This document shows, one piece after another, positions 37,639-47,425 of a DNA stretch of 64,000 nt. The stretch lies in the NCBI GenBank assembly GCA_002390705.1, contig DGQA01000002.1:50845-114844 (forward strand). Direction: 5' to 3'. Position 1 is the first letter of the stretch; every line of letters begins with the position of its first letter. The position numbers and the translations under genes are program-made. Source of the DNA: Actinobacteria bacterium UBA4426 (GTDB lineage: Bacteria > Actinomycetota > Actinomycetes > S36-B12). Under the pieces are notes generated by a model. The model had not been told where the DNA came from, did no database searches, and worked only from the letters and a program-made list of their open reading frames with translations.

Positions 37639-37914
37639 GACTACTCGTTATCCGAGATTTTTCGCGGCACATTTCAATAGTAGACAGTTTTTTGACTTTC
37701 TGTCTTGCTAATGACCGTGAATCTTTTGCATACAGTCCAAGACAAGCTGTACTGCTGATCAGAAACGTGAAGGTTTCAGCCGAGATGATAAAGATCGGCG
37801 GTGGTGGCGAACCATAACCTTTTACCCTCTACGATTTTCTTCTCGCGCCGGCGTGTCCACAAGTCCGTTCAGAGCCGCTCTTTGCAGTTGCGCGCCACAC
37901 AGCCGAAGTCGGCT

Positions 37915-38181
37915 CTAAACGCCAATTGCTTCGCGTACCAGAGTGACCGTGTGACCGGCACCGTTGCGAACTTTGGTAGCAGCTTCTGTGGCCGTGGTGT
38001 AGCCATCTTTTGCAGCACTTTTTACTGCATCAATCGCAGTATTCACGCCATCCATGTGTACAGCGCGCATGTTTAAAGTGGGCACGTCTACTTTCGGCAG
38101 GCTGATCTTTGGTAGATCGATCTTTGGCAGGTCGACCCCAAAGAGGTTGAATTTGCTTGATATGTTTCTCTCTTCAGACAT
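37915..38181 (-). CDS. Small hypothetical protein at the HbhA position
   Basis: 88 aa after a GAGG RBS; xDLPK-type repeats; directly downstream of the Rv0474-like XRE gene. Confidence 0.65.
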   Translation of the reverse strand: MSEERNISSKFNLFGVDLPKIDLPKISLPKVDVPTLNMRAVHMDGVNTAIDAVKSAAKDGYTTATEAATKVRNGAGHTVTLVREAIGV

Positions 38182-38200
38182 GTGATCCTCTTTCATATTT

Positions 38201-38587
38201 CTACTCGTTTTCTTGGGTATGATTTCCAGTGTTCGACTGCGCGCTTGCGCCGTTTTCCGCTTGGAAGGCGGCATAGATCTGCAGCAGCGTGGTTCGCTGA
38301 CGCTCGGTAAGAGTTCGGTCCGAAGCTATCGCTGTGGTGACGATTTCGTCCCCGGAGCGATCACTCAGGAATCCGGCTTGTACGTAAAGTGTTTCGGCGG
38401 AAATGCGGAGACCTTGGGCAATTCGATTGAGGATTTCAGCACTGGGCTTGCGCAATCCGCGTTCAACTTGGCTCAGATACGGATTCGAGACTTCGGCGGC
38501 TTTTGCAAGCTGGCGAAGGGACATCTGTGCTTGATCGCGTTGATCTCGGATAAAAGATCCGAGTCCACTGACATTTATTTTTGCCAT
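38201..38587 (-). CDS. XRE-family HTH regulator (Rv0474-like)
   Basis: LGSFIRDQR...SLRQLA...VSNPYLSQVERGLRKPSAEIL...ISAETLYVQAG. Confidence 0.92.
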   Translation of the reverse strand: MAKINVSGLGSFIRDQRDQAQMSLRQLAKAAEVSNPYLSQVERGLRKPSAEILNRIAQGLRISAETLYVQAGFLSDRSGDEIVTTAIASDRTLTERQRTTLLQIYAAFQAENGASAQSNTGNHTQENE

Positions 38588-38615
38588 GCGCACAGTATGC
38601 ACCCAAGTGCTTGCA

Positions 38616-38639
38616 AAAGCAAACGCTAGCGCTTGCTTT
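38616..38639. promoter_or_regulatory. 24-bp near-perfect palindrome, probable XRE autoregulatory operator
   Basis: AAAGCAAACGCTAGCGCTTGCTTT, one mismatched pair, ~30 bp upstream of the XRE start. Confidence 0.6.
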
Positions 38640-38969
38640 CGCTAGCGGGGTTTGGGTAGACAACTGTTTAGTCAGGTTCGGCCGGGCCAAAACCCCCTCG
38701 AAACGGCGGATTCACGCTCAATATGAACGTCGCCTCACCCACTGCAATCAACATCAGCGACCCCACGACCAATGCCACGACGCAGATCCCACCGAACAAC
38801 GTCCAAGCGAACACCGAGACCCTGGTCAGGATCCCGGCGCGCATGGGGATCTAGCGCGGACCCGCCACGGACGGCAGGGATGAAAAACGTGCAAAGGAGA
38901 TAGGCACGCCCACCCATAGTTGCACCTAAAAGGCCGATTGCACGCTTGAGCGCACTCACGTAAGCCAAG

Positions 38970-39956
38970 TCACGTAAGTGTGGGGTGAATGCTTCCCACT
39001 ACTTTGCCACCGCCAAGGACCGGCTGTGCTGAGTAGGTGTGGACAACCGACTCTGGAACACCCAGGTAAATGAGTAATCCAGCCATCGCGGCATTTCGCC
39101 CCTGCTCCGATCCGCCCTCAACTTTTAGAGCCATGGCTCGACCATCCGCAAAAGATCCGGTGTACACCCCAAAGGCACCATCTTTGGCAAGTAACCCCGG
39201 GATCGAAGACATGAAATGGGTGACATCACGCCGGGACCCACCCACATATTCAGGGTACGCACGCATTGCGTCAGCCACTATTCGCTCTGGGGTGTCATCT
39301 TGTGCGGTCACTGCTGACTGGGCCAAACGAGCGAGTGCCGGAAGAGAGAGGGCATGGACCGGTGCGCCACACCCGTCGACACCCTCGAATGCAATACGTT
39401 CCCCGGACAATTCTTCGAGCTTTGCTTTCATGCCCACTTGTAGTGGATGAACAGGTGAAAGGTAGTTTTCAATTTCCCAACCATTGATCACGCAGGTGGC
39501 CAACATTGCGGCATGCTTACCCGAGCAATTCATGTGAATCGGGGAGCGGTTTTCGCCGCGAGCCACGCAGGCATCGCGTTCAACCGGATCAAGTGGGAAG
39601 TCCTCAGGGGTCTGAAGCGCCGCGGGAGTTAAGTTCACGGTTGCCAAGATTTCCCGCACACCATCAAGGTGGAACTGCTCACCCGAATGCGAAGCCGCCG
39701 TCAGAGCCTGGAGATGTTGGGGCAAGTTCAAACCAGCCTGGGCCATCGCGACCCCTTGGGAAATTTTGTTCGACGACCGAGGATAAAACTCTTGCGTAAT
39801 ACTGCCCCAACTACGGACAATGCTTCCGTCAGGGTCAATAACAACGGCATGGCCATAAAAGACGCCTTCGGTGTAACCATTTCGGGAATAGGCGGCTAGC
39901 GGCCGTGCGTTGTCCCTCGGGGGCTTGCCTCCCGCAGGTGCCGATTCACTGTGCAT
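38970..39956 (-). CDS. L-asparaginase II (Rhizobium AnsA-type) family protein
   Basis: RSSNK, ASHSGE, NCSGKH, DGCGAP motifs. Confidence 0.9.
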   Translation of the reverse strand: MHSESAPAGGKPPRDNARPLAAYSRNGYTEGVFYGHAVVIDPDGSIVRSWGSITQEFYPRSSNKISQGVAMAQAGLNLPQHLQALTAASHSGEQFHLDGVREILATVNLTPAALQTPEDFPLDPVERDACVARGENRSPIHMNCSGKHAAMLATCVINGWEIENYLSPVHPLQVGMKAKLEELSGERIAFEGVDGCGAPVHALSLPALARLAQSAVTAQDDTPERIVADAMRAYPEYVGGSRRDVTHFMSSIPGLLAKDGAFGVYTGSFADGRAMALKVEGGSEQGRNAAMAGLLIYLGVPESVVHTYSAQPVLGGGKVVGSIHPTLT

Positions 39957-39981
39957 GGTCAGATCATGACACGCTAGGCGG

Positions 39982-40461
39982 ATGAGGGCGATAGTGCAGC
40001 GAACCATTGACGCAAATGTCTCGGTGAACCATCAGATAATCGGTGCCTTCGCCGGGCCTGGATTAGTTATCTTCGTGGGCGTTACCCACACAGATTCGGT
40101 ATCCGTCGCGCACACACTGGCCGAGAAGATCTATGGTCTGCGCATTTTCGATCAGGAGTTTGTTTCCCAATTTGATCAGCTGTTCGTTCCACCGGGTTCC
40201 TCGCGCGAACTCAGCGCCGGCGAACTGGGGCTTCCCATGTTGGTCATCAGCCAATTTACTCTTTACGCATCAACCAAGAAGGGTCGACGCCCGACGTGGG
40301 ATCTCGCCGCACCACGTGAAGTGGCCGAGCCACTAGTTGAAGCGGTGGCACAAAAATTAAATGAATTAGGAACAGACGTTTCCCAAGGCAAGTTCGGCGC
40401 TGACATGGAGGTATCACTCACCAACGCTGGACCCATGACGCTAATTATCGATGTTGACTAA
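39982..40461 (+). CDS. dtd: D-aminoacyl-tRNA deacylase
   Basis: MRAIVQR, LRIF, SQFTLYA, KGRRP, GKFGADMEVSLTNAGP. Confidence 0.95.
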   Translation: MRAIVQRTIDANVSVNHQIIGAFAGPGLVIFVGVTHTDSVSVAHTLAEKIYGLRIFDQEFVSQFDQLFVPPGSSRELSAGELGLPMLVISQFTLYASTKKGRRPTWDLAAPREVAEPLVEAVAQKLNELGTDVSQGKFGADMEVSLTNAGPMTLIIDVD

Positions 40462-41508
40462 TCAACTGGCGGAGATAACAACTTCTTGATTAGCAGTAAT
40501 TACATTACCGTCATGGATAACATGCAATGTTGCATCAGTGGGAGTCGACCGCTTAATCACCGCCGTTGCAATTGGGCCAAGCTCATAATGTCGAGCGGCA
40601 GTTCCAACAGAACCAACAACTTTCCCAGCTGCAGTCCGCACTTCATCACCGTGCACGGGTAAGTCACTTTCGCTTCCGTCGAGGTGCAGCAAAACCAGTC
40701 GTCGCGGCGGCTTTCCGAGATTGTGAACCCGCGCGACCGTTTCTTGTCCGCGATAACAGCCTTTGCTCAGGTGTACTCCCGAACCAATCCAACCGAGTTC
40801 ATGAGGCAACGTCTTGTGATCAGTTTCATGGGCCCACTGCGGCACACCCGCAGCAACCCGGATTGCATTAAAAGCCCACGTACCAGCTCTATGAGGAAAT
40901 TGGTCCAGGCGCTCCTGCAAGCTGTCCCTGGGCACAATCACCTGGCGACCCAGGAACAGTTCCGGCCGGGCAACAATATATTTATCGGCAGTTCCACCCC
41001 GATGGGTACCAGAATTGGTTGCCTCAATTCCAGCGAATTCTGCTGGTGTAAGCCAAGTCGGAATGCTCTCATCTACTTGACGGACCGGCTCCCACACAAC
41101 CGCGTAATCTTTGCTGACCTCCGAGACCTCAACTCGCATCATGAATCGCATCGAGTTCAGATAGTCGACCAGCCCAGCGGACGTATTGGGTGGAATGATT
41201 AGCCAGGTTGTCTCGCCGTCGTCTACTACATGCAGTTCATGTTCAACGTGACCATGTGGGCTCAGGATCAGTGCGGTTTGGGAGACGCCCGGCTCAAGCC
41301 CTTCAAGATAAGCCGTAGTGAGACTGTGTAACCAAGTAAGCCGATCAACACCGGTCACCGTGATTACTCCCCAATGCGAGAGATCAACACTGGCCTCCCC
41401 CGCAAGCAGGATTCGCTGCTCACGGTGTGGGTCACCGAAATGCCACGCGACCCCGAAATCAAGATCGGACTCAGGGGCGGGAATCGGCGTGATCCCCACT
41501 TCACCCAT
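40462..41508 (-). CDS. ygfZ: Folate-binding protein YgfZ
   Basis: KGCYRGQETVARV signature; GcvT-like N-terminus. Confidence 0.92.
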   Translation of the reverse strand: MGEVGITPIPAPESDLDFGVAWHFGDPHREQRILLAGEASVDLSHWGVITVTGVDRLTWLHSLTTAYLEGLEPGVSQTALILSPHGHVEHELHVVDDGETTWLIIPPNTSAGLVDYLNSMRFMMRVEVSEVSKDYAVVWEPVRQVDESIPTWLTPAEFAGIEATNSGTHRGGTADKYIVARPELFLGRQVIVPRDSLQERLDQFPHRAGTWAFNAIRVAAGVPQWAHETDHKTLPHELGWIGSGVHLSKGCYRGQETVARVHNLGKPPRRLVLLHLDGSESDLPVHGDEVRTAAGKVVGSVGTAARHYELGPIATAVIKRSTPTDATLHVIHDGNVITANQEVVISAS

Positions 41509-41941
41509 GGTCTTTCACCTCCGAAACATTGGTACACGATCGACATAAACCGGTGACCGCCATGTGGGTCATCTGGGCACTAAAGCCATAAGCGTCCTGC
41601 AAATCCAGCGAGAATTCCGCTGCCGCCGCCGCTGGAACACTTGTGACTTCAGCGCATTCATCACAGACCAAGTGAATGTGCGGAGGCTGATCCTGCGAAT
41701 GGTAAACGGGCGCGCCGTGTCCAATATGAGTGTGCGTGATCAGGCCGACGCTCTCGAGTACTTCTAATGTTCGATAAATGGTCGACAGATTCACACCCGA
41801 TGCGGTTTCCTGAACCGAAGACAATATCTTTTCTGGGGTGCCATGCCCCAAGTGATTTACCGACTCCAAAACCAATTGCCGCTGCGGGGTGATGCGAAAG
41901 CCTTGTTCACGAAGCCGGTCTTCCCAAGGAATTAATGCCAT
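41501..41941 (-). CDS. Fur family transcriptional regulator
   Basis: GFRITPQR, LSTIYRTLE, HIHLVCDEC, GLCRSC. Confidence 0.93.
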   Translation of the reverse strand: MALIPWEDRLREQGFRITPQRQLVLESVNHLGHGTPEKILSSVQETASGVNLSTIYRTLEVLESVGLITHTHIGHGAPVYHSQDQPPHIHLVCDECAEVTSVPAAAAAEFSLDLQDAYGFSAQMTHMAVTGLCRSCTNVSEVKDHG

Positions 41942-41946
41942 GACAA

Positions 41947-42468
41947 TCAAAGATCTTCTACTGCCGGTCGTAACTTTGCCGAGAGGTGGTTCTGCATCGG
42001 CTGCTCCATCGCGGCCATGTCAAAAGTCCACATAAGTTGGGAATCAAAAAGACCGTAAAGGCGTTCGCCTTGGGTATATGGTTTAGCGCTTTCTGTGCGA
42101 ACCACGACGTCCGTTTTTAGACTCGCTCGCGCACTCGTAATTTTCGCATCGTCCAGCCCAAGAACTTCGGTCGTTCCAATATAGGTCTCAGAGAAACCCG
42201 TCGGATGAGCCACAACTAATTCAACATTATTGTCCGGTCGCGGTCGCCAATACCCGGATTCAGATGCGAGAGGCTTAATTCTTTCGCCAGCTTCGTCGAG
42301 CAGCCAACTGCGGGAAACATAGTGAAGAAATGGTCGTCCATCGCACGAAAAAACGACTTCCTGCCCGAATCTAAAGTCATCAATGGTGGGGTAGGTTCCT
42401 AACCCAACCCCCACCCAACTTCCCATCAACCATGAAATTGGTATGACCTCACTGGGAAGTGTATCCAT
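41947..42468 (-). CDS. FABP-like / nitrobindin (DUF1794) protein
   Basis: WLMGSWVG.G..YPT, DGRPFLHY, ESGYWR, RLYG, HLSAKL. Confidence 0.88.
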   Translation of the reverse strand: MDTLPSEVIPISWLMGSWVGVGLGTYPTIDDFRFGQEVVFSCDGRPFLHYVSRSWLLDEAGERIKPLASESGYWRPRPDNNVELVVAHPTGFSETYIGTTEVLGLDDAKITSARASLKTDVVVRTESAKPYTQGERLYGLFDSQLMWTFDMAAMEQPMQNHLSAKLRPAVEDL

Positions 42469-42471
42469 GGA

Positions 42472-42573
42472 TTAGACTCCGCCCTTGCAAAGTTTCGCGA
42501 CCACAAAAAAAGAGAAGCACCCGACGGCTCCGATGGCACTAATCAGCAGTGACGTGTACACGACCTCTAACAT
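42472..42573 (-). CDS. 33-aa single-TM small protein
   Basis: MLEVVYTSLLISAIGAVGCFSFFVVAKLCKGGV*; fills the gap between the hydrolase and FABP genes; below the ORF track cutoff. Confidence 0.6.
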   Translation of the reverse strand: MLEVVYTSLLISAIGAVGCFSFFVVAKLCKGGV

Positions 42574-42582
42574 GCGTTCACT

Positions 42583-43389
42583 CTACCCCTTCGCAACAGG
42601 TAGGTCAGGCTGGACTTGATCCCTGAGCCATTGGCCAATCTGCGCCAAAGTCCCTTCACTAATTGCGGTCTCGGCGTGCCCGAATCCCTCCACCACAATC
42701 ACCTGAGCATTCGGATTGCCCGCTCGCTCGATCGCGTTTTCCAATGCATACGCATGTTCAACGGGGAAATAATGGTCGACATCGCCATGCACGATCAAAA
42801 GGGGTGTGTCGGCAAGGCGCTCGACGGCAACCTCGGGTGAGATTGGGGGTGGATCAGGCCACGGGGCGCTCCGGACTCGAACCCCTTTTCCACGCAGGGC
42901 CAAGCGACCCGACTGGGTTTCAATTAATCGGTGAACCACGCGCATTATTCGCGTCCCACGGTAAAACCAGAATGCGGGCGCACTCACACTGACAACTAGA
43001 TCAGGTGCATGAGCGCCCTGGGCTAAGGCAGCCTGTCGCAAAATCACTGAACCTCCCATGGAGAAACCAATGGTTGCAACCTTGCGGTAGCCAAAGTCGC
43101 GTGCGTGAGCGACGGCCGCATCAACATCTAAAACCTCATCCATGCCCATGGTGCTTTCGCCACCAGACTCCCCGTGGCCACGAAGGTCTAGTGCCAATAC
43201 CCCGCCGTACTCCCTCAGGGCAATAACGACTTTCTTCACATGATCCTGCTCCCGATTACCTGTAAACCCATGGGCCACCACAATTCCCAAAGCTAGCGGG
43301 TCCAAATCTTCTTTTGCGTGAGCAAACGTGGAATGGGTTCCCATAATGCGCACCTGGTCACGGGTATAGAGACTGAATTCCGAATGCAC
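42583..43389 (-). CDS. Alpha/beta hydrolase
   Basis: [21 protein letters not shown] nucleophile elbow, HGDVD, GHAE. Confidence 0.9.
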   Translation of the reverse strand: MHSEFSLYTRDQVRIMGTHSTFAHAKEDLDPLALGIVVAHGFTGNREQDHVKKVVIALREYGGVLALDLRGHGESGGESTMGMDEVLDVDAAVAHARDFGYRKVATIGFSMGGSVILRQAALAQGAHAPDLVVSVSAPAFWFYRGTRIMRVVHRLIETQSGRLALRGKGVRVRSAPWPDPPPISPEVAVERLADTPLLIVHGDVDHYFPVEHAYALENAIERAGNPNAQVIVVEGFGHAETAISEGTLAQIGQWLRDQVQPDLPVAKG

Positions 43390-43485
43390 AGCCCCAGTTT
43401 GCCGGTTGGTCTTGGGGACTGCGAAGGCACCTATCTGAAGTGCAAAAATCCCATGAGTACTCTTGGATCAGACTTAGGAGGTGAG

Positions 43486-44205
43486 ATGCGAATAGCTCTA
43501 CTGACCCGCGGCATGCATTCTTCGGCTGAAGTTCTGCCTGCATTGGGGCTTCTCAACCACACCGTTCGAGTCTTGGGCGCAGAGCCGGCCTCGCTTCTAG
43601 CGGTTGATAACTCCGATGTCTTGCTTGTGGACGGACGGATGGATCTGCCTGCCGTTCGGAGCTTTACGCGCCTATTGCGTGACACAGGGGCGGGAGCGCC
43701 CGTCCTGCTAGTAACCACCGAGGGGAACCTGGCCGCGGTTCAAGGTGACTGGGGGATCGACGACTTCCTGCTCAATACAACTTCACCCGCCGAACTTGAA
43801 GCCCGTTTGCGGGTTGTAGTTGCACGCTTCGACATCCGGATGGGCATTGACGTGAATCGCAGCCCCGAAGAAATCAACTTGGGGGCACTGCACATTGACG
43901 AAGTGAGCTACACCGTCCGGCTACACGGCCGGCCACTTGATCTGACGTTTAAGGAATTCGAGTTGTTAAAACACCTCGCTCAACACCCAGGCCGGGTTTT
44001 CACCCGTGCGCTATTACTACAAGAAGTCTGGGGTTATGACTACTTTGGGGGCACCCGAACCGTTGACGTCCATGTCCGTCGCCTGCGTGCCAAACTTGGA
44101 TCCGAAAATGAAGCGCTCATCGGTACCGTGCGAAATGTGGGTTACCGGTTTGTGCTTGAGTCACCCGAGCGTGAGACTGAGCGTGTCAGCCAATTGCAGA
44201 CTTGA
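43486..44205 (+). CDS. glnR: OmpR-family orphan response regulator GlnR
   Basis: [64 protein letters not shown]; AGGAGG RBS; next to mshD. Confidence 0.88.
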   Translation: MRIALLTRGMHSSAEVLPALGLLNHTVRVLGAEPASLLAVDNSDVLLVDGRMDLPAVRSFTRLLRDTGAGAPVLLVTTEGNLAAVQGDWGIDDFLLNTTSPAELEARLRVVVARFDIRMGIDVNRSPEEINLGALHIDEVSYTVRLHGRPLDLTFKEFELLKHLAQHPGRVFTRALLLQEVWGYDYFGGTRTVDVHVRRLRAKLGSENEALIGTVRNVGYRFVLESPERETERVSQLQT

Positions 44206-44211
44206 CCCATC

Positions 44212-45153
44212 GTGACTAACTCCGGGTCAGCTGTATCCACTGAAGTATTCGAGCAACTTAATTCCGCCGATGTGGCGCGGGTAAACCAACTGCTTGGTGA
44301 GGCCACGGCTTTTGACGGAGTACGCCCACTAAGCGAGCACGCCTGGTTACACCTTGACTCCAATGAAAGTGGGCTACACGTTCTGGGATTTTTAAACAAT
44401 AAATTCTCCGCCTACGCCCATGTGGACACGACTGATCTTGTGGAAGGGACGAGTGCCGAATTGGTCGTTTCCCCTCTCGCGAGAAGCCAGGGCTTAGGGC
44501 GCGCATTAGTCGAACGTGTATTGGAGCTCTCCCCCGACGGCCGATTGCGATTGTGGGCACACAATGCAACCGCCGAAGCGCAATCACTCGCTGACTCACT
44601 CGGTTTCCGGATCAACCGCTCGCTGTGGGAAATGCGACGGTCGCTCTTTGCCCCACTGCCTGCGCCCCAAATCCCGCGCGGGGTCCAGATCAGAACTTTC
44701 GATCCTTTGACCGACATCCCCGGTGTCCTGGCGATTAACGCACGGGCTTTCACCGATCTGCCTGATCAAGGGAGTTGGAATGAGCGAGATATTTCACTGC
44801 GACTTAATGAGTCTTGGTTCAACGCAGATGGATTCTTTATCGCGGTGGATTCCCAGACTGAGGCGATCATCGGATTTCATTGGACCAAAGTTCACGGTTC
44901 GGGCCAGCCCGGCTCCGACCACAGCCACGAAGCGATCGGTGAGGTCTACGTGATAGCGGTAGATCCCACCCATCGAGTCCCTGGGTTGGGTCGCGCATTA
45001 ACTACTTTGGGATTGACCTACTTGCGCGAACTCGGACTTCGACAAGCCATGCTTTACGTTGATTTTTCCAACGAACGGGCAATTTCCCTCTACGAAAACC
45101 TAGGGTTCGTCCACTGGGACACGGACGTCATGTTCGGTCGCCCACGTGACTAA
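44212..45153 (+). CDS. mshD: Mycothiol synthase
   Basis: Tandem GNAT; ELVV.P..R..GLG, LWAH, GFHWTKVH, GEVYV..VDP, LYVD..N..A..LY..LGF. Confidence 0.93.
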   Translation: MTNSGSAVSTEVFEQLNSADVARVNQLLGEATAFDGVRPLSEHAWLHLDSNESGLHVLGFLNNKFSAYAHVDTTDLVEGTSAELVVSPLARSQGLGRALVERVLELSPDGRLRLWAHNATAEAQSLADSLGFRINRSLWEMRRSLFAPLPAPQIPRGVQIRTFDPLTDIPGVLAINARAFTDLPDQGSWNERDISLRLNESWFNADGFFIAVDSQTEAIIGFHWTKVHGSGQPGSDHSHEAIGEVYVIAVDPTHRVPGLGRALTTLGLTYLRELGLRQAMLYVDFSNERAISLYENLGFVHWDTDVMFGRPRD

Positions 45154-45223
45154 TACATCTGCGCTTTAGTAATTCACCACCTTCGCCTCACCTCAAGAAC
45201 CCCTAGCATGGGACGATAACCGC

Positions 45224-47398
45224 ATGAGCATCTCCGAATTCTCCTCTGACGGTCCACCCACCGGAGAGCTCGCCGCCATTATTCTCAAGGAAGATTTCGC
45301 CAGCGATCTTCCACCCGGTCGTTTCTTGGACCGAGAACTTTCTTGGCTTGCGTTTAATAAGCGGGTATTGGATCTAGCAGATGACCCCGGGTTGCCCTTA
45401 CTTGATCGCACAAAATTTCTCGCAATTTTCGCCCGGAACCTTGATGAATTTTTCATGGTGCGCGTAGCGGGCCTCAAGCGGCGGATCGCAACAGGAATTG
45501 CGGTTCGAACAGCAAGCGGGCTTACCCCAAAGGAAGTGCTAGAAAATATTTGGGAGCACGCCTTTGCTTTGCAGCGCCAGCAAGCCGACTATTTCCTTTC
45601 AACGATTGAACCCAATCTCAATGAAGCGGGGATTCATGTCTTGCGCTGGGACCAGCTCACCTCAAATGAGAAAACCGATATGGATCTTTTCTTTGATTCC
45701 AAAGTGTTCCCGATTTTGACGCCGCTTGCAGTCGACCCTTCACACCCTTTTCCCTACATCAGTGGGCTCTCCCTCAACCTCGCCGTCGTTGTGCAAAATC
45801 CAACAACGGGCAACAGGCTTTTTGCGCGTGTGAAAGTGCCGCCGCTGCTTCCACGATTTATCGAAGTGGGATCCGCCCGTTACGTTCCACTCGAAGACAT
45901 CATGGCTGCGCACTTGAGCGATTTATTTCCTGGCATGGAAATCCGTGAGCACCACGCGTTTCGAGTTACGCGCAATGAAGATGTTGAAGTCGAGGAAGAC
46001 GATGCAGAGAATTTACTGAAGGCGCTCGAGCGCGAGCTAGTGCGCCGGCGCTTTGGGCCTCCCGTGCGACTCGAGGTCGAGGAAAACATTGATCCTTATG
46101 TCCTTGACTTACTCGTGAGTGAACTCGATATCACTAGTTTAGAAGTTTTTCGTCTTCCCGGACCACTGGACCTCACTGGGCTGTGGACGATTGTGGGACT
46201 GGATCGCGATGACTTGAAGCAGCGCAAGTTTGTCCCAAAAACTTCACGTGCGTTGTCCGATGTTGAAAGTTCACAAGCACCGGACATTTTGAGTATTGTT
46301 CGTGAAAAGGACGTCCTCCTGCACCACCCATACGACTCCTTTTCAACCAGTGTGCAGCTTTTCCTTGAGCAAGCCGCGGTCGACCCGAATGTTCTCGCAA
46401 TTAAGCAAACCTTGTACCGCACCTCTGGCAACTCACCGATTGTTGACGCTTTGATACTGGCTGCCGAGGAAGGGAAACAGGTCCTTGCGATCGTTGAAAT
46501 CAAAGCACGGTTTGACGAGCAAAATAATATTGATTGGGCCCGCAAACTTGAACAAGCGGGTGTGCACGTTGTGTACGGATTAGTTGGCTTAAAAACTCAC
46601 AGCAAACTGTCCATGGTGGTGCGCAATGACGGTGATCAGCTCCGCCGCTACTGCCATATTGGGACGGGTAACTACAACCCCAAGACAGCCCGCTTGTACG
46701 AAGACTTCGGGTTGCTCACCAGCAATCCTCAAGTGGGCGAGGACGTATCGAACCTGTTCAACGTTCTTTCTGGTTACTCCATGAACACCGACTACAACCG
46801 ACTACTTGTTGCCCCGCACTCGGTACGCACTGGCTTGATCGCGCGGATTGACCGGGAGATCACCCACCAATTGGAGGGACGGCCTTCCGGGGTCCGGATT
46901 AAGTGCAACTCCCTCGTTGACGAGGCGATCATTGACGCCCTCTATCGGGCCTCCATGGCTGGGGTTCGGGTGGACATTTGGGTCCGCGGAATTTGCGCTA
47001 TGCGCCCAGGCGTGCCCGGTCTTAGCGACACGGTCCGGATTATTAGCGTGATGGGACGTTTTCTCGAGCACAGCCGGGTTTTCGATTTTGTCAACGGAGG
47101 GAACCCTTCAGTGTGGATTGGCTCCGCGGATCTGATGCACCGCAACCTTGACCGACGAGTTGAAGCCTTGGTGAGTATTTCCGATCCCGGGCAAATCGCT
47201 GAGATTGAAAACCTGCTGAGTTTGGGGTTTGCCCTTGGAACAGCCACGTGGGATTTGGAGGCTGACGGCAGCTGGACCCGAAGGCTATTTAATGAAGCGG
47301 GCGAGCGTTTGACCGATATTCAGGACCTTCTCATTGCGATCAAGAGCAAGCGCTTAAGTGCCCTAGAGTCCGAGGTTTTGACCGGCGCGGACTCTTAG
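45224..47398 (+). CDS. ppk1: Polyphosphate kinase 1
   Basis: [52 protein letters not shown]. Confidence 0.97.
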   Translation: MSISEFSSDGPPTGELAAIILKEDFASDLPPGRFLDRELSWLAFNKRVLDLADDPGLPLLDRTKFLAIFARNLDEFFMVRVAGLKRRIATGIAVRTASGLTPKEVLENIWEHAFALQRQQADYFLSTIEPNLNEAGIHVLRWDQLTSNEKTDMDLFFDSKVFPILTPLAVDPSHPFPYISGLSLNLAVVVQNPTTGNRLFARVKVPPLLPRFIEVGSARYVPLEDIMAAHLSDLFPGMEIREHHAFRVTRNEDVEVEEDDAENLLKALERELVRRRFGPPVRLEVEENIDPYVLDLLVSELDITSLEVFRLPGPLDLTGLWTIVGLDRDDLKQRKFVPKTSRALSDVESSQAPDILSIVREKDVLLHHPYDSFSTSVQLFLEQAAVDPNVLAIKQTLYRTSGNSPIVDALILAAEEGKQVLAIVEIKARFDEQNNIDWARKLEQAGVHVVYGLVGLKTHSKLSMVVRNDGDQLRRYCHIGTGNYNPKTARLYEDFGLLTSNPQVGEDVSNLFNVLSGYSMNTDYNRLLVAPHSVRTGLIARIDREITHQLEGRPSGVRIKCNSLVDEAIIDALYRASMAGVRVDIWVRGICAMRPGVPGLSDTVRIISVMGRFLEHSRVFDFVNGGNPSVWIGSADLMHRNLDRRVEALVSISDPGQIAEIENLLSLGFALGTATWDLEADGSWTRRLFNEAGERLTDIQDLLIAIKSKRLSALESEVLTGADS

Positions 47399-47425
47399 CC
47401 TGCGTTGGCTGGGTAAGTTAAAACC

